From assembly GCA_964518305.1 (NCBI GenBank), contig CAZFDK010000008.1, positions 14,252 to 78,251 of the forward strand: DNA of 64,000 bases, written 5' to 3'. A model generated the notes under the pieces. The model worked only from the letters and a program-made list of their open reading frames with translations, did no database searches and was not told where the DNA came from. The stretch's first letter is position 1; each line of letters begins with the position of its first letter. This document shows, piece by piece, positions 27,216 to 35,883 of this stretch. A program made the translations under genes and the position numbers. Origin of the DNA: an uncultured Gemmatimonadota bacterium (GTDB lineage: Bacteria; Gemmatimonadota; Gemmatimonadetes; Palauibacterales; Palauibacteraceae).

Positions 27216-27833
27216 CTACAGCTCCTCGCGCTCCAGCAGTCTCTCCCGGCCCGGCGGCCGGGCCGCGCGGAAGCGTCGCAGCAGTGCCCCCGGGGCGGAC
27301 GCCACGTGCAGGAGGTCCCGGTCCTCCGCCTCGACGAACTCCTGTTCCACCGCGCGGTCGAGGAAGTCGATGAGCGGATCGAAGTAGCCTCCGACGTTCA
27401 GGAGGCCGCAGGGCTTGGCGTGGAAGCCCAGCTGGGCCCACGTGAGCATCTCGCAGGTCTCCTCCAGCGTGCCGATCCCTCCCGGCAGGGAGAGGAAGCC
27501 GTCCGCCAGCTCCGCCATCCGGGCCTTCCGTTCGTGCATGGAGTCCACGACCTCAAGGCGGGTCAGGTCCTCGCGCCGTCCCTCCTTCTGCAAGAGGGCC
27601 TCGGGGATCACCCCCACCGCGCTCCCGCCGGCGGCCAGCGCCGCGCCGGCGAGCTCGCCCATGAGCCCCCAGCGTCCCCCGCCGAAGATCACCTCCAGAC
27701 CCTCGCGGGCCAGGAGGTCGCCCAGGTCCCGCGCGGCCCGCTCGTACCGGGTCTCCGCTCCCGACCGGGAGCCGGCGAACACGCAGATCCGCTCCAGCTC
27801 CGGCTCGTCCTGTCTCTCCGGGTCCTCCGTCAC
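27216..27833 (-). CDS. LOG family protein (TIGR00730; cytokinin riboside 5'-monophosphate phosphoribohydrolase-like)
   Basis: VFGGGRWGLMG and PGGIGTLEE motifs. GTG start after GGAGGAG overlaps the DinB stop (GTGA). Stop is TAG. Confidence 0.87.
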   Translation of the reverse strand: MTEDPERQDEPELERICVFAGSRSGAETRYERAARDLGDLLAREGLEVIFGGGRWGLMGELAGAALAAGGSAVGVIPEALLQKEGRREDLTRLEVVDSMHERKARMAELADGFLSLPGGIGTLEETCEMLTWAQLGFHAKPCGLLNVGGYFDPLIDFLDRAVEQEFVEAEDRDLLHVASAPGALLRRFRAARPPGRERLLEREEL

Positions 27834-28351
27834 CAGTTCTCCTCCGCGATTCCGTCCTGGACCCGGTAGAACTCGAGCTCGCGACCGGTCCGCGCCTTGG
27901 TCATGTGGACGATCTGTCCCGTGTGCATCGAGAAGTGCTCCACCACGTGGCACACGGCCTCCAGCACCGTGACCTCCTGCCCCTGTATGGTCCGGGTCTC
28001 GCCCAGGGAGCCGGGATCTAGCTCCTCGAGCACGCCGCAGGCCTCCTCGACGGTGCCCCGGAGGTGTGCGAACAGCTCCTCCGGGTCCCCGTCGCCGCGC
28101 TCGAACTCCCGGGAGCGGCGACGCACGTCCTCCGCGTCGCCGACGCCGCTCACGATCCACTGCCGGGTGTTGCCCGCCAGGTGGAGGAGCAGGTTACCGA
28201 CGCTGTTGCAGGCCTCGTTCGGCCGCCACCACACGTCGTCCCGGTCCAGGCGCTCGAGGCACCGGCGGATCTTGGGCACGTACTCCCCGCTCAGGTAGTC
28301 GCCCGCGATATCGAGAACCGCTCTCCCGGTCGGGCCCCGCGTGCCGCTCAC
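27830..28351 (-). CDS. DinB-superfamily protein (DUF1572-like)
   Basis: NSVGNLLLHLAGNTRQW...VVEHFSMHTGQIVH (His triad pattern). Confidence 0.8.
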   Translation of the reverse strand: MSGTRGPTGRAVLDIAGDYLSGEYVPKIRRCLERLDRDDVWWRPNEACNSVGNLLLHLAGNTRQWIVSGVGDAEDVRRRSREFERGDGDPEELFAHLRGTVEEACGVLEELDPGSLGETRTIQGQEVTVLEAVCHVVEHFSMHTGQIVHMTKARTGRELEFYRVQDGIAEENW

Positions 28352-28355
28352 GGGC

Positions 28356-28667
28356 TCAGTCCTGCTCGGGCATCGAGCTCGGCCGGCGCACCCGCTTCAC
28401 CGTGTGCACGCTCCACTCCCCCCCGGCCTCCCGGGAGGCGGCGACGTTCAGCACGTGGTCCTCGAGCTCCGGCCCCTCGGTGCGGCCGAAGAGCACGGTG
28501 TATTCCTCGCGTTCCCGGTTCGCGAAGCACTTGGCGAAGGTCCACTCGACCCCGTCGTCCGACTCCTCCTCTCGGACGTGGTTCATCACCCGGAAGGCGG
28601 CGTCGCACTCCTCGAGGAATTCCTCGCGGTCCTCGATCACCCAGGTCTGACGGGAGATGCGGTACAT
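28356..28667 (-). CDS. Hypothetical protein (103 aa, acidic)
   Basis: Good coding composition. Its stop lies 4 nt before the DinB start. No recognised domain. Confidence 0.55.
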   Translation of the reverse strand: MYRISRQTWVIEDREEFLEECDAAFRVMNHVREEESDDGVEWTFAKCFANREREEYTVLFGRTEGPELEDHVLNVAASREAGGEWSVHTVKRVRRPSSMPEQD

Positions 28668-28712
28668 GAAAGCGGGGATCGCAGTGCGGATCGGATCCGA
28701 CGAGCTCCGGCT

Positions 28713-28805
28713 CTAGCTGCGGCCGCCACCCTCGCCGCCGCCGTACACCCACAGGGCGAAGGCGCCGGCGATGACCACCACGAGCGCGATTACGACAATG
28801 GACAT
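28713..28805 (-). CDS. Putative 30-aa single-TM micro-protein
   Basis: MSIVVIALVVVIAGAFALWVYGGGEGGGRS*. GC3 is about 90% by hand count. It is below the ORF-track length cutoff. The SD is weak and distant. Confidence 0.35.
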   Translation of the reverse strand: MSIVVIALVVVIAGAFALWVYGGGEGGGRS

Positions 28806-28957
28806 GACCACGGTACGTCAGCTCTCCCGTCGTTGGATACCAGCAGTCTCGCCCGACCCGACGCGGCTCGCTTCTCCCACCCCTGGAGCCGCCGCAACCG
28901 GGACGAAATGTAGCCTCGCCCGCCGGAGTCCGCATCCGTCGCCCGCGGGGGTCGCGC

Positions 28958-29317
28958 TCAGAATCTCAGCGACACATCCAGCGTCGTTCGGTCGGGGCCC
29001 GGGCCGAACTCCTGCTCCACCCGGACCTTCCGTCCCTTCCCGAAGCGTAGCTCCGCACCGACCTCTCCCGACGTCCCGTCCAGGGCGATCTGGCGCTCCA
29101 CGCCGCCGGTGAGGATCAGGGTGTCGTCGGCCGACAGGCCGATTCCGGCACGGGATCGCAGGGAGAGGACGACCTCGTCCGGGCTCGAGTAGTCGATCTC
29201 GAGCGACGCCCGGGAGGCGTCCGCCACGTGCAGCATGAGCCTGCCGCTCCCCTCGATCTCGCCGTCGGCCCGGGACTTCCCCCGGAGCCGGATCTCCACT
29301 TTCTCGTCGTCGGACAT
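28958..29317 (-). CDS. Hypothetical beta-rich protein (119 aa)
   Basis: GGAGG SD 4-5 nt upstream. Very high GC3. No signal peptide. Ends ...LDVSLRF. Confidence 0.6.
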   Translation of the reverse strand: MSDDEKVEIRLRGKSRADGEIEGSGRLMLHVADASRASLEIDYSSPDEVVLSLRSRAGIGLSADDTLILTGGVERQIALDGTSGEVGAELRFGKGRKVRVEQEFGPGPDRTTLDVSLRF

Positions 29318-29499
29318 GTCGCCTCCGCTGCTGGTTCGCCCTTCCCCCTCGCCCCGGATACTCTAACACGTGGAGCGGTTCGGCGCGGAATCCGGCGCTC
29401 TCCCGAAATCAGGCTCCGACGGCGGACGTAGGGATTCCCCGGGAGCCCCGCCGGGTCCCGGCGTTCCGACGAGATCAGCGCATCACCTCCGAAGGTCCC

Positions 29500-30849
29500 A
29501 TGAGCAATCGCCTGCTGGCCCCGCTATTCGCCGTCCTCGCGCTCGCGCTCCTCCCCGCCGTCGCCCCGGCCCCGTCCGAACCGGCCTCCGGCGCGCAGGG
29601 CGAGGCGACGCGTCTGCTCCGGCAGCCCACCGTCAGCGACAGCCTCATCGCCTTCGCCTGCGCCAACGACATCCGGGTGGTCCCGCGATCCGGCGGCGCC
29701 GCCCGGCGCCTGACCTCGTTCCGCGGCGACTTCCCCTGGACCCGCGAGCACTGGAAAGACGCAGGCGACATGATCACGGACGCCGAGATCTCGCCCACGG
29801 GCGCCAGGGCCCTCTTCCAGGCTCGCGGCGAGATCCTCACGATGCCCGGCTAGGAGGGCGAGCTCTTCTACCTGGAGAACCCCCAGCCGCTGACCATCGA
29901 CCGGGGGCCGCCCGCCGGCACCCTCCACCGCTACACGCTGGAGGAGCGGGATGCGTCCACCTTCCTCGAGGGCGTCCAGTCCTACGACGTCTCCCACGAC
30001 GGGAGCAGCCTGCGCTATTCGGCCCGGGGCCAGTGGGGCATCGTCCCCACCCGGGGCGAGGCGCAGGCGAGCCGGGGTGCGCTCCCCACCGACCGTCTGC
30101 GTGTTCGGGTGGATCCCTCCGAGGAGTGGGAGCAGATCGTCCACGAGGCATGGCGTATCGAGCGCGACTACTTCTACGTGGACAACATGCACGGGGCCGA
30201 CTGGCCCGATGTCCGCCGTCGGTGCGCCCCCTGGCTCGACCACGTCCGCCATCGGTCGGATCTCACCTACCTGCTGGACGTCATGGCCGGCGAGCTGTCG
30301 GTGGGCCACTCCTTCACCGGCGGCGGGGACGAGCCGGACGTGGACGAGGTCCCCGTGGGACTGCTGGGGGCGGACCTGTCCGTAGAGAACGGCCGGTACC
30401 GCATCGAGAGGATCTACACGGGCGCCCCGTGGACGCCGGACGTCCGCGCCCCGCTCGCGGAACCCGGGGTCGACGTCTCGGAGGGCGACGACCTGCTGGC
30501 CGCGGGCGGACGGGACCTGAGGCCGCCGACGAACCCCTACCGCCTCCTGGACGGGACGGCGGAGCGCCAGCCCACCCTCACCGTGAACGACAGTCCCACG
30601 GCGGAGGGCGCGCGCCGGATCACCGTGGTCCCGGTCGGCAGCGACACCGAGGTTTTGCGCCGGGCGTGGGTGGAGCACGACCGCGCCCTGGTGGACGCCC
30701 TCTCCGACGGGCGACTCGGCGGCGACCCGCAGCTGGAGCGGGCGGTTCAGGAGGCCCTCCGCCTGCTGGAGGAGAGGGATTGGCCGCGAATCCGCCCCGA
30801 GCCCGACCCTCCAGTGCGGGTGAAGCGGCCCGGTGAGGGTGGCGGCTGA
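29500..30849 (+). pseudogene. Decayed tricorn-protease-like (S41) gene: in-frame TAG plus loss of most propeller blades and of the catalytic domain
   Basis: One reading frame throughout. Signal peptide, then LLRQPTVSDSLIAFACANDIRVVPRSGGAARRLTS (tricorn N-terminus). TAG at 29851-29853. Then VDPSEEWEQIVHEAWRIERDYFYVDNMHGADW...GELSVGHSFTGGGD, a PDZ-like stretch, and GRLG joined directly to the C-terminal DPQLERAV. About 450 codons, versus the more than 1000 I recall for intact homologs. Confidence 0.6.
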
Positions 30850-30894
30850 TGGCCCGGACCGGCGGATCGGGGCGGGCCGGGCGGCGGCTCGGAA

Positions 30895-31113
30895 CTACTC
30901 CGGCCCGCCCCGACGTCTGCTCCGAAGGTAGTCCCGGATCCGGTGGACCAGGGGCGCGACGAGCCCTCCGACGGTGAGGCCGATGACCGAGAAGAGGAGG
31001 AGCGGTCCCCAGTTGGAGAAGACGGGGGCGTCGATGGCGGCGTTCATGTATAAGCCGAGGACGAGGAACACGATCCAACCCGTCACGGCGCCGGCGACTG
31101 TTCGTCGTACCAC
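30895..31113 (-). CDS. Small membrane protein (2 TM)
   Basis: GAVTGWIVFLVLGLY...LLLFSVIGLTVGGLVAPL. Starts 2 nt after the hydrolase stop. Confidence 0.5.
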   Translation of the reverse strand: MVRRTVAGAVTGWIVFLVLGLYMNAAIDAPVFSNWGPLLLFSVIGLTVGGLVAPLVHRIRDYLRSRRRGGPE

Positions 31114-31114
31114 G

Positions 31115-32044
31115 CTATCCTCCCTCCGGGGACGTCGGGTCGGACTCCCGGCTTCTCCGCATACTCCGTCGCACTCCGCCCGCCAGCCGCTCCGGGCGGT
31201 CCTCCTGCAGATAGTGGCCGGCGTCCTCCACGCGGTCCACGGAAGCCTCCGGGAACCGGTCGCGCCAGCGGCTCAGGTATCCCTCCCGGCCCAGGGCCGG
31301 GTCCTTCGTCCCCCAGATCAGCTCCAGGGGTAGCGAGTCCAGCCCCCGGGCCTCCCGCCACGTGGTCTCCAGCCAGCCGGCGAACGTCCGTATGGCGCGG
31401 GGGAAGACCCAGGTGCCGCGGCGGCTGTCGCGGTCGGGAAACGGCTTCCTGTACGCCTCGAGCACCGTCTCCGTCCGCCGCTCGGAGCGATGGATTCCCA
31501 GCGGGACCACGTGGCGGGCGAAGAAGTTGTGCTCCAGCTGGAGCCAGCGGCCCATCGTCGCTCCCCCCATGAGTCTGGAGAAGAGCCGGAGACGCCAGTC
31601 CGGCGCCCAGCACCAGGTGTTCGCCATCACCAGCCCCGCCGTTCGGCCGGGCCGCTCGACAGCGATTTTGAGCCCGATTGAGCCTCCCCAGTCCTGCCCC
31701 ACCACGACGAGGCCGTCGAGCTGCAGCTCGTCCACGAGCTCTCCCACCCATCGTGCGTGCTCGCCGGGCGTGTAGCCATAGCCCTCCGGGTGGTCGGAGA
31801 AGCCGAATCCGGGGTAGTCCGGGGCGATGCATCGGCAGTCGCCCTCCAGATCGCGGATCACCCGGCGATAGAGGAAGGACCACGTGGGATTGCCGTGGAG
31901 CATGAGGACCGGACGCCCCTCCCCCACGTCCACGTAGTGCATGGCCGAGCCGCCGCGCTCCAACCAGCGGGATTCGAAGGGATACTCCCGCTCGTCCACC
32001 GGGAAGGGGCGGCGGCTCGCGTCCCGGCTCATGTCCCGGCTCAT
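31115..32044 (-). CDS. Haloalkane-dehalogenase-like alpha/beta hydrolase
   Basis: HGNPTWSFLYR, nucleophile elbow VGQDWGG (Asp) and DAGHYLQED. The start MSRDMSRD was created by a 12-bp tandem duplication. Confidence 0.85.
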   Translation of the reverse strand: MSRDMSRDASRRPFPVDEREYPFESRWLERGGSAMHYVDVGEGRPVLMLHGNPTWSFLYRRVIRDLEGDCRCIAPDYPGFGFSDHPEGYGYTPGEHARWVGELVDELQLDGLVVVGQDWGGSIGLKIAVERPGRTAGLVMANTWCWAPDWRLRLFSRLMGGATMGRWLQLEHNFFARHVVPLGIHRSERRTETVLEAYRKPFPDRDSRRGTWVFPRAIRTFAGWLETTWREARGLDSLPLELIWGTKDPALGREGYLSRWRDRFPEASVDRVEDAGHYLQEDRPERLAGGVRRSMRRSRESDPTSPEGG

Positions 32045-32099
32045 GTCGGACCCGAGACTAACCGCCCCGTGAGGCGCGGAAAAGGAGCGGGCGCACCGG

Positions 32100-33803
32100 C
32101 TACGGCCGCGGCCCGTCGGTCCGGACGGCCGGGCCACCACCGATCTCGGCTCCGGCGCGGGCCAGGATCGTTCCGGAGCTGCCGGACATGGCCTCGTAGT
32201 AGCGGACGAACCGGTCGATCTCGTCGGCGTCCTGCTGCTCCAGGTTGTGGGCCCAGCGATAGGAGATGGGCTGGTACCACAGCTCCGCCTGGACGCTGAA
32301 CGGGCCGTCGGCGCCGGCCACGTCCACGGAGTATCGAACCCGATCGCGGCTGCCCGTGAAGTCGTCGTCCCCGAAGGCCCGACCCTGCACGGCCACGTCC
32401 TCGGGCACGTCCCCCTTGGTGAAGCCCTTCGGCAGGATCCGGTTGTCCTTCGTGAACCGGATCGCCTCCAACAGGCCCGTTGTCACGGTGCTGTCGGGAT
32501 CCACCATGATCACCTCGTAGATCTGGACCTCGTCCTCGCTGTCGATCTGCTCGTGGTGGGGCTCGAAGGCCCGAGGGTTGCCGTCGTTGTCGTTGCCGCT
32601 GATCGAACCGTCCCGGTTCAGCGCGCCGGACTCGAACACGACCTGGCCACTTCGGTCCCGGACCGTCAGGTAAATCCAGGCGCGCCGCGAGGGATAGGCC
32701 GTCGGCAGCTTGTGGCCTGCCAGGTTCGTCACCGAGACCGTAGCCGTCAGCCGGTCCCCGCGCAGAGAGGTGGTGTCGACGCTCATCCTTGCGGCGCTGG
32801 TCTCCAGATGCTGGATCGTGCGCCGGGCTGCCGTGGAGAACTGCTGGGACGTGGCCTGGACGCCGAGCTCGCTTCCGTAGCGGGCGAAGAGGCGCTGCAT
32901 GAAGAAGTTTCCGCCGCGGAAGACGTGGCGGTTCACGCTGTCCCTCGGCTGACCGAGCACGCCGGTGACGGCCACCTCCTCCTCCACCACGGGCATGTGG
33001 CAGTCCTGGCAGCTCTTCTCGTCCCGGTAGTCGCTGTTCAGCCACTCCACGTAGGGCACCTGCTCGGGTAGCTCGCCGATGGCCTCCCCCTGCTCGTTCA
33101 GCGTGTGGGTATAGAGCGTGTGGCAGCTGGCGCACAGCTCCGACTCCTGGATGTGGGAGCCCTGGCGCGGCGTGTACGCCGAGGCGGAGTGCATCAGGCT
33201 GGTCCGGCCCGTGTCCACGGCGAACGGCCCGAAGATCTCACGCTGGTTCCAGGGCGTCACCGAATCGATGACGAAGCCGCCGACGAAGCTCTCCTCCGTG
33301 CCCAGCTTCTCCGGCTGGATCTGGTGGCACACGGTGCACGAGACGCCGTCGGCCGCCAGGACGTCCTGTCGCGTCGCCGCTTTCTTCGCCCCCGGCTGGC
33401 CGTGGATGAACGGCAGGTGGGTGAAGATCTTCCCGCTGGCGCCGCCGACCTTCGCCCGGTAGCGGGACATCGGCATGTGGCAGGTGGAGCACTCGTCCTG
33501 GATGGCCTCCGACGCGCTCGGGTGCAAAAGGGTCTCCCGCCGGATGGAAGCCTGCCAGTAGGGATCTCGGGCGGAGTTGGCCATCATGGACGCCTCCCAG
33601 TCCTTGCCGATGGAGACGTCCTTCCCCGACGGGGTGATCATCCCGTTGTGGCAGGCGACGCACATGTTCCCGGTCTGGAACATCTGCGGGTGACCCTGCC
33701 CCGGTTGACCGCCGGCCTCCTGGGCCGGCATCGCTCCGGGCGCCAACAGCAGTGCTCCGGCGAACGCCGCGAGCGCGGTCCGTCCCATCGTGGCCTCTCG
33801 CAT
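32100..33803 (-). CDS. Secreted pentaheme c-type cytochrome with heme-free C-terminal domain
   Basis: Signal peptide. Five CXXCH motifs (CVACH, CSTCH, CTVCH, CASCH, CQDCH). AGGAG SD 6 nt upstream of the ATG at 33803. Confidence 0.87.
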   Translation of the reverse strand: MREATMGRTALAAFAGALLLAPGAMPAQEAGGQPGQGHPQMFQTGNMCVACHNGMITPSGKDVSIGKDWEASMMANSARDPYWQASIRRETLLHPSASEAIQDECSTCHMPMSRYRAKVGGASGKIFTHLPFIHGQPGAKKAATRQDVLAADGVSCTVCHQIQPEKLGTEESFVGGFVIDSVTPWNQREIFGPFAVDTGRTSLMHSASAYTPRQGSHIQESELCASCHTLYTHTLNEQGEAIGELPEQVPYVEWLNSDYRDEKSCQDCHMPVVEEEVAVTGVLGQPRDSVNRHVFRGGNFFMQRLFARYGSELGVQATSQQFSTAARRTIQHLETSAARMSVDTTSLRGDRLTATVSVTNLAGHKLPTAYPSRRAWIYLTVRDRSGQVVFESGALNRDGSISGNDNDGNPRAFEPHHEQIDSEDEVQIYEVIMVDPDSTVTTGLLEAIRFTKDNRILPKGFTKGDVPEDVAVQGRAFGDDDFTGSRDRVRYSVDVAGADGPFSVQAELWYQPISYRWAHNLEQQDADEIDRFVRYYEAMSGSSGTILARAGAEIGGGPAVRTDGPRP

Positions 33804-33813
33804 CGTAATCTCC

Positions 33814-34977
33814 TTACCAGCCGGCGAAGAAGCCGCCGTCGAAGTAGTCCCAGAGCACGTAGACCAGCACCTCGGTCTCGCGCACGTCGGCGTCGTTCAT
33901 CGGAATCCGCACGGCGACGTTGCCCATCACGTGCTGCCGGGTGTTCAGCGTCACCTGGAGCTGGGGGACCAGGTCCCAGTTCGTCGTGGCGCCGGACTCC
34001 AGCTCCCGGCTCCCGAGGACCTCGATCATGGGGGACCAGGCCCGGCCCCACTCGCCCGAGGTGAACGTCTTACCCAGGCCCGCCCGCCAGAAGCCCTCCT
34101 CCGTCCGGTCGTCGGTGGCGGGGATCTCCGCCCCGGTCTGCGCGTGGAGGAAGGCGCCGTTCGGAAGGAGCTGGCCGTAGGAGAGGAAGGGCTCGAAGGT
34201 GGCGGTGCCGTTCCCGAACCCGTCGCTCTCGTCACCGGTGGGGAGGATGACCTCGCCGGTCAGGCTCAGGATGCTCCCGCTCTCGAGGCCGTGGAAGAGC
34301 ACGCGCTTCCAGCCCAGGGCCATGTCGCCCAGGCCGCCGTTCCAGTTGGCGGACTCGCCCGCGGCGCTCACGTCGCGGAACCCGAAGGGCGCCACCACCT
34401 CGAGCTGATTCCGGGCGCCGAACCGCCGCTCGTAGACCAGCTCGTTCATCACGGCGGTGTTCCCCTCGGCGGGCACGCTGGTCGTCCACACCGCCTCGTC
34501 CTCGGGGTAGGCCTTCTCGGTGAACATGGCCCGCGGGAGGTTCAGCTCTCCCCGCGGCCAGTCGTCGTTGCCGCAGAAGCCCCGGATGTAGTCGATGGCG
34601 CGCTCGAGCTCGTCGGGCGTGAGCAGGCCGCCGAAGGCCGGCATCACCCGCCCGAAGCCGCGGACGCGGCCGCCCTGGTGGGCCACCGCCACCCAGTCGC
34701 CGGTGGGCTCCCTCGAGGCGAAGTTGCAGCTGGTGAAGTCGGGCAGCGGCGTGTCGAATCCGACACGGCTCTTCGGCGCACCGTCCCCGTCCACGCCGTG
34801 ACAGTTGGCGCACGCCGCCTCGTAGATCTCCTTGCCCGTGGAGGGCGCGTCCCGGGGAAGGACGTCGCCGCGACCGCTCTCCTGTCCATCGGCCGACGGG
34901 GCCGCGAGCGGCAGCATGAGCATCACCGCCGCGGCCAGGGCTGCCCGGGCCGTGCAACGCAGTCCCATGAGATGCAT
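33814..34977 (-). CDS. Monoheme cytochrome c fused to an outer-membrane beta-barrel-like (MetA/phenol-degradation-type) domain
   Basis: Signal peptide. CANCH with a distal VMPAFGG. The C-terminal ~250 aa carry EVILPTGDESDGFGNG and end in ...FFAGW. Confidence 0.8.
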   Translation of the reverse strand: MHLMGLRCTARAALAAAVMLMLPLAAPSADGQESGRGDVLPRDAPSTGKEIYEAACANCHGVDGDGAPKSRVGFDTPLPDFTSCNFASREPTGDWVAVAHQGGRVRGFGRVMPAFGGLLTPDELERAIDYIRGFCGNDDWPRGELNLPRAMFTEKAYPEDEAVWTTSVPAEGNTAVMNELVYERRFGARNQLEVVAPFGFRDVSAAGESANWNGGLGDMALGWKRVLFHGLESGSILSLTGEVILPTGDESDGFGNGTATFEPFLSYGQLLPNGAFLHAQTGAEIPATDDRTEEGFWRAGLGKTFTSGEWGRAWSPMIEVLGSRELESGATTNWDLVPQLQVTLNTRQHVMGNVAVRIPMNDADVRETEVLVYVLWDYFDGGFFAGW

Positions 34978-35152
34978 CGTCTCTCCCGCGTCTCGGAATT
35001 CGCTATCTGCGGCTCGAGGGCCGCGCCGACCTGCCTCGACTGATCCGCTTTCAGTCTAGCCGCCGCCGCGCCGCCGGTCTGTCGGGAAGGCACTTACTCG
35101 CGTCGTGGGGAACCTCCCGTGCGGCAGATCCCCGCCGGCGCCGGCCCTCGCG

Positions 35153-35177
35153 ATCGACAGCGAGAATCGCTGTCGAT
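35153..35177. promoter_or_regulatory. Perfect inverted repeat (11-bp arms, 3-nt spacer), candidate operator
   Basis: ATCGACAGCGA-GAA-TCGCTGTCGAT, in the divergent region between the cytochrome operon (start 34977) and the LuxR-type gene (start 35287). Confidence 0.5.
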
Positions 35178-35286
35178 TATGTTCATCGTCGAGCGGGCAA
35201 GTGAGAGACGCTTTGGCGCCCGGACAATCGTACATCCGCCGGATTTTCGGCCTGGAGCCGGACATCGAACACATGACGTATTCCCC

Positions 35287-35883
35287 GTGAACGGCCCGAA
35301 GTCCCCCGACCAGAAGCGGCTCTTGCTGCTCGTGGGCCTGGGACTGATCGGTGTGGTCGTCGGCGGCATGGCCGACCTGTATCTGGACGATCCGGAGACG
35401 TGGTGGAGTCTCCATGTGCTCGTGGAAGCGGGCATTGTGCTCCTCAGCCTGGGGCTCGCCCTCTACCTGTTGCGGGAATGGTCGCGTACGGAGGAGGTCC
35501 TGGAGCGGACCGAGGCGGAGCTGGAGCGGCACCGGGAGGAGAGGGACCGGTGGAGGGAGCGGGCCCGGACCTTCCTGGAGGGGCTCGGGCGGGAGATCGA
35601 CCGCCAGTTCGACGAGTGGAGCCTCACCCCTTCGGAGAAGGAGGTCGCCCTCCTGCTCATCAAGGGCTACTCGCACAGGGAGATCGCGAAGAAGACGGGG
35701 AGGAGCGAGCGCACCTCCCGGCAGCACGCTGGCTCGGTCTACGAGAAAGCCGACCTCGCCGGCCGGGCCGAGCTCGCGGCGTTCTTCCTCCAGGACCTCA
35801 TGCTGCCCGACGGCCAGCGCGGCGCCGGCGAGCGGGACCCCGCCGACTCGGCGTCCGACTCCGGAGTCAGCTCTCGGCGCTGA
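35287..35883 (+). CDS. Membrane-anchored LuxR/GerE-family transcriptional regulator (2 TM + coiled coil + HTH)
   Basis: LTPSEKEVALLLIKGYSHREIAKKTGRSERTSRQHAGSVYEKA. GTG at 35287 was chosen because the upstream 168 nt of the ORF are AT-richer and look non-coding. The 3' end overlaps the convergent RND gene by 17 nt. Confidence 0.68.
   Translation: MNGPKSPDQKRLLLLVGLGLIGVVVGGMADLYLDDPETWWSLHVLVEAGIVLLSLGLALYLLREWSRTEEVLERTEAELERHREERDRWRERARTFLEGLGREIDRQFDEWSLTPSEKEVALLLIKGYSHREIAKKTGRSERTSRQHAGSVYEKADLAGRAELAAFFLQDLMLPDGQRGAGERDPADSASDSGVSSRR

Noticed and set aside
14117-29853. Possibility that TAG is reassigned or read as a sense codon, since two conserved genes contain in-frame TAGs.
   Set aside because: pyk (stop at 12214-12216) and the LOG gene (27216-27218) both terminate with TAG exactly at their conserved C-termini, and the 30-codon micro-ORF also ends in TAG. 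TAG is therefore a functional stop in this genome. The tricorn-like gene also has large deletions, consistent with decay.
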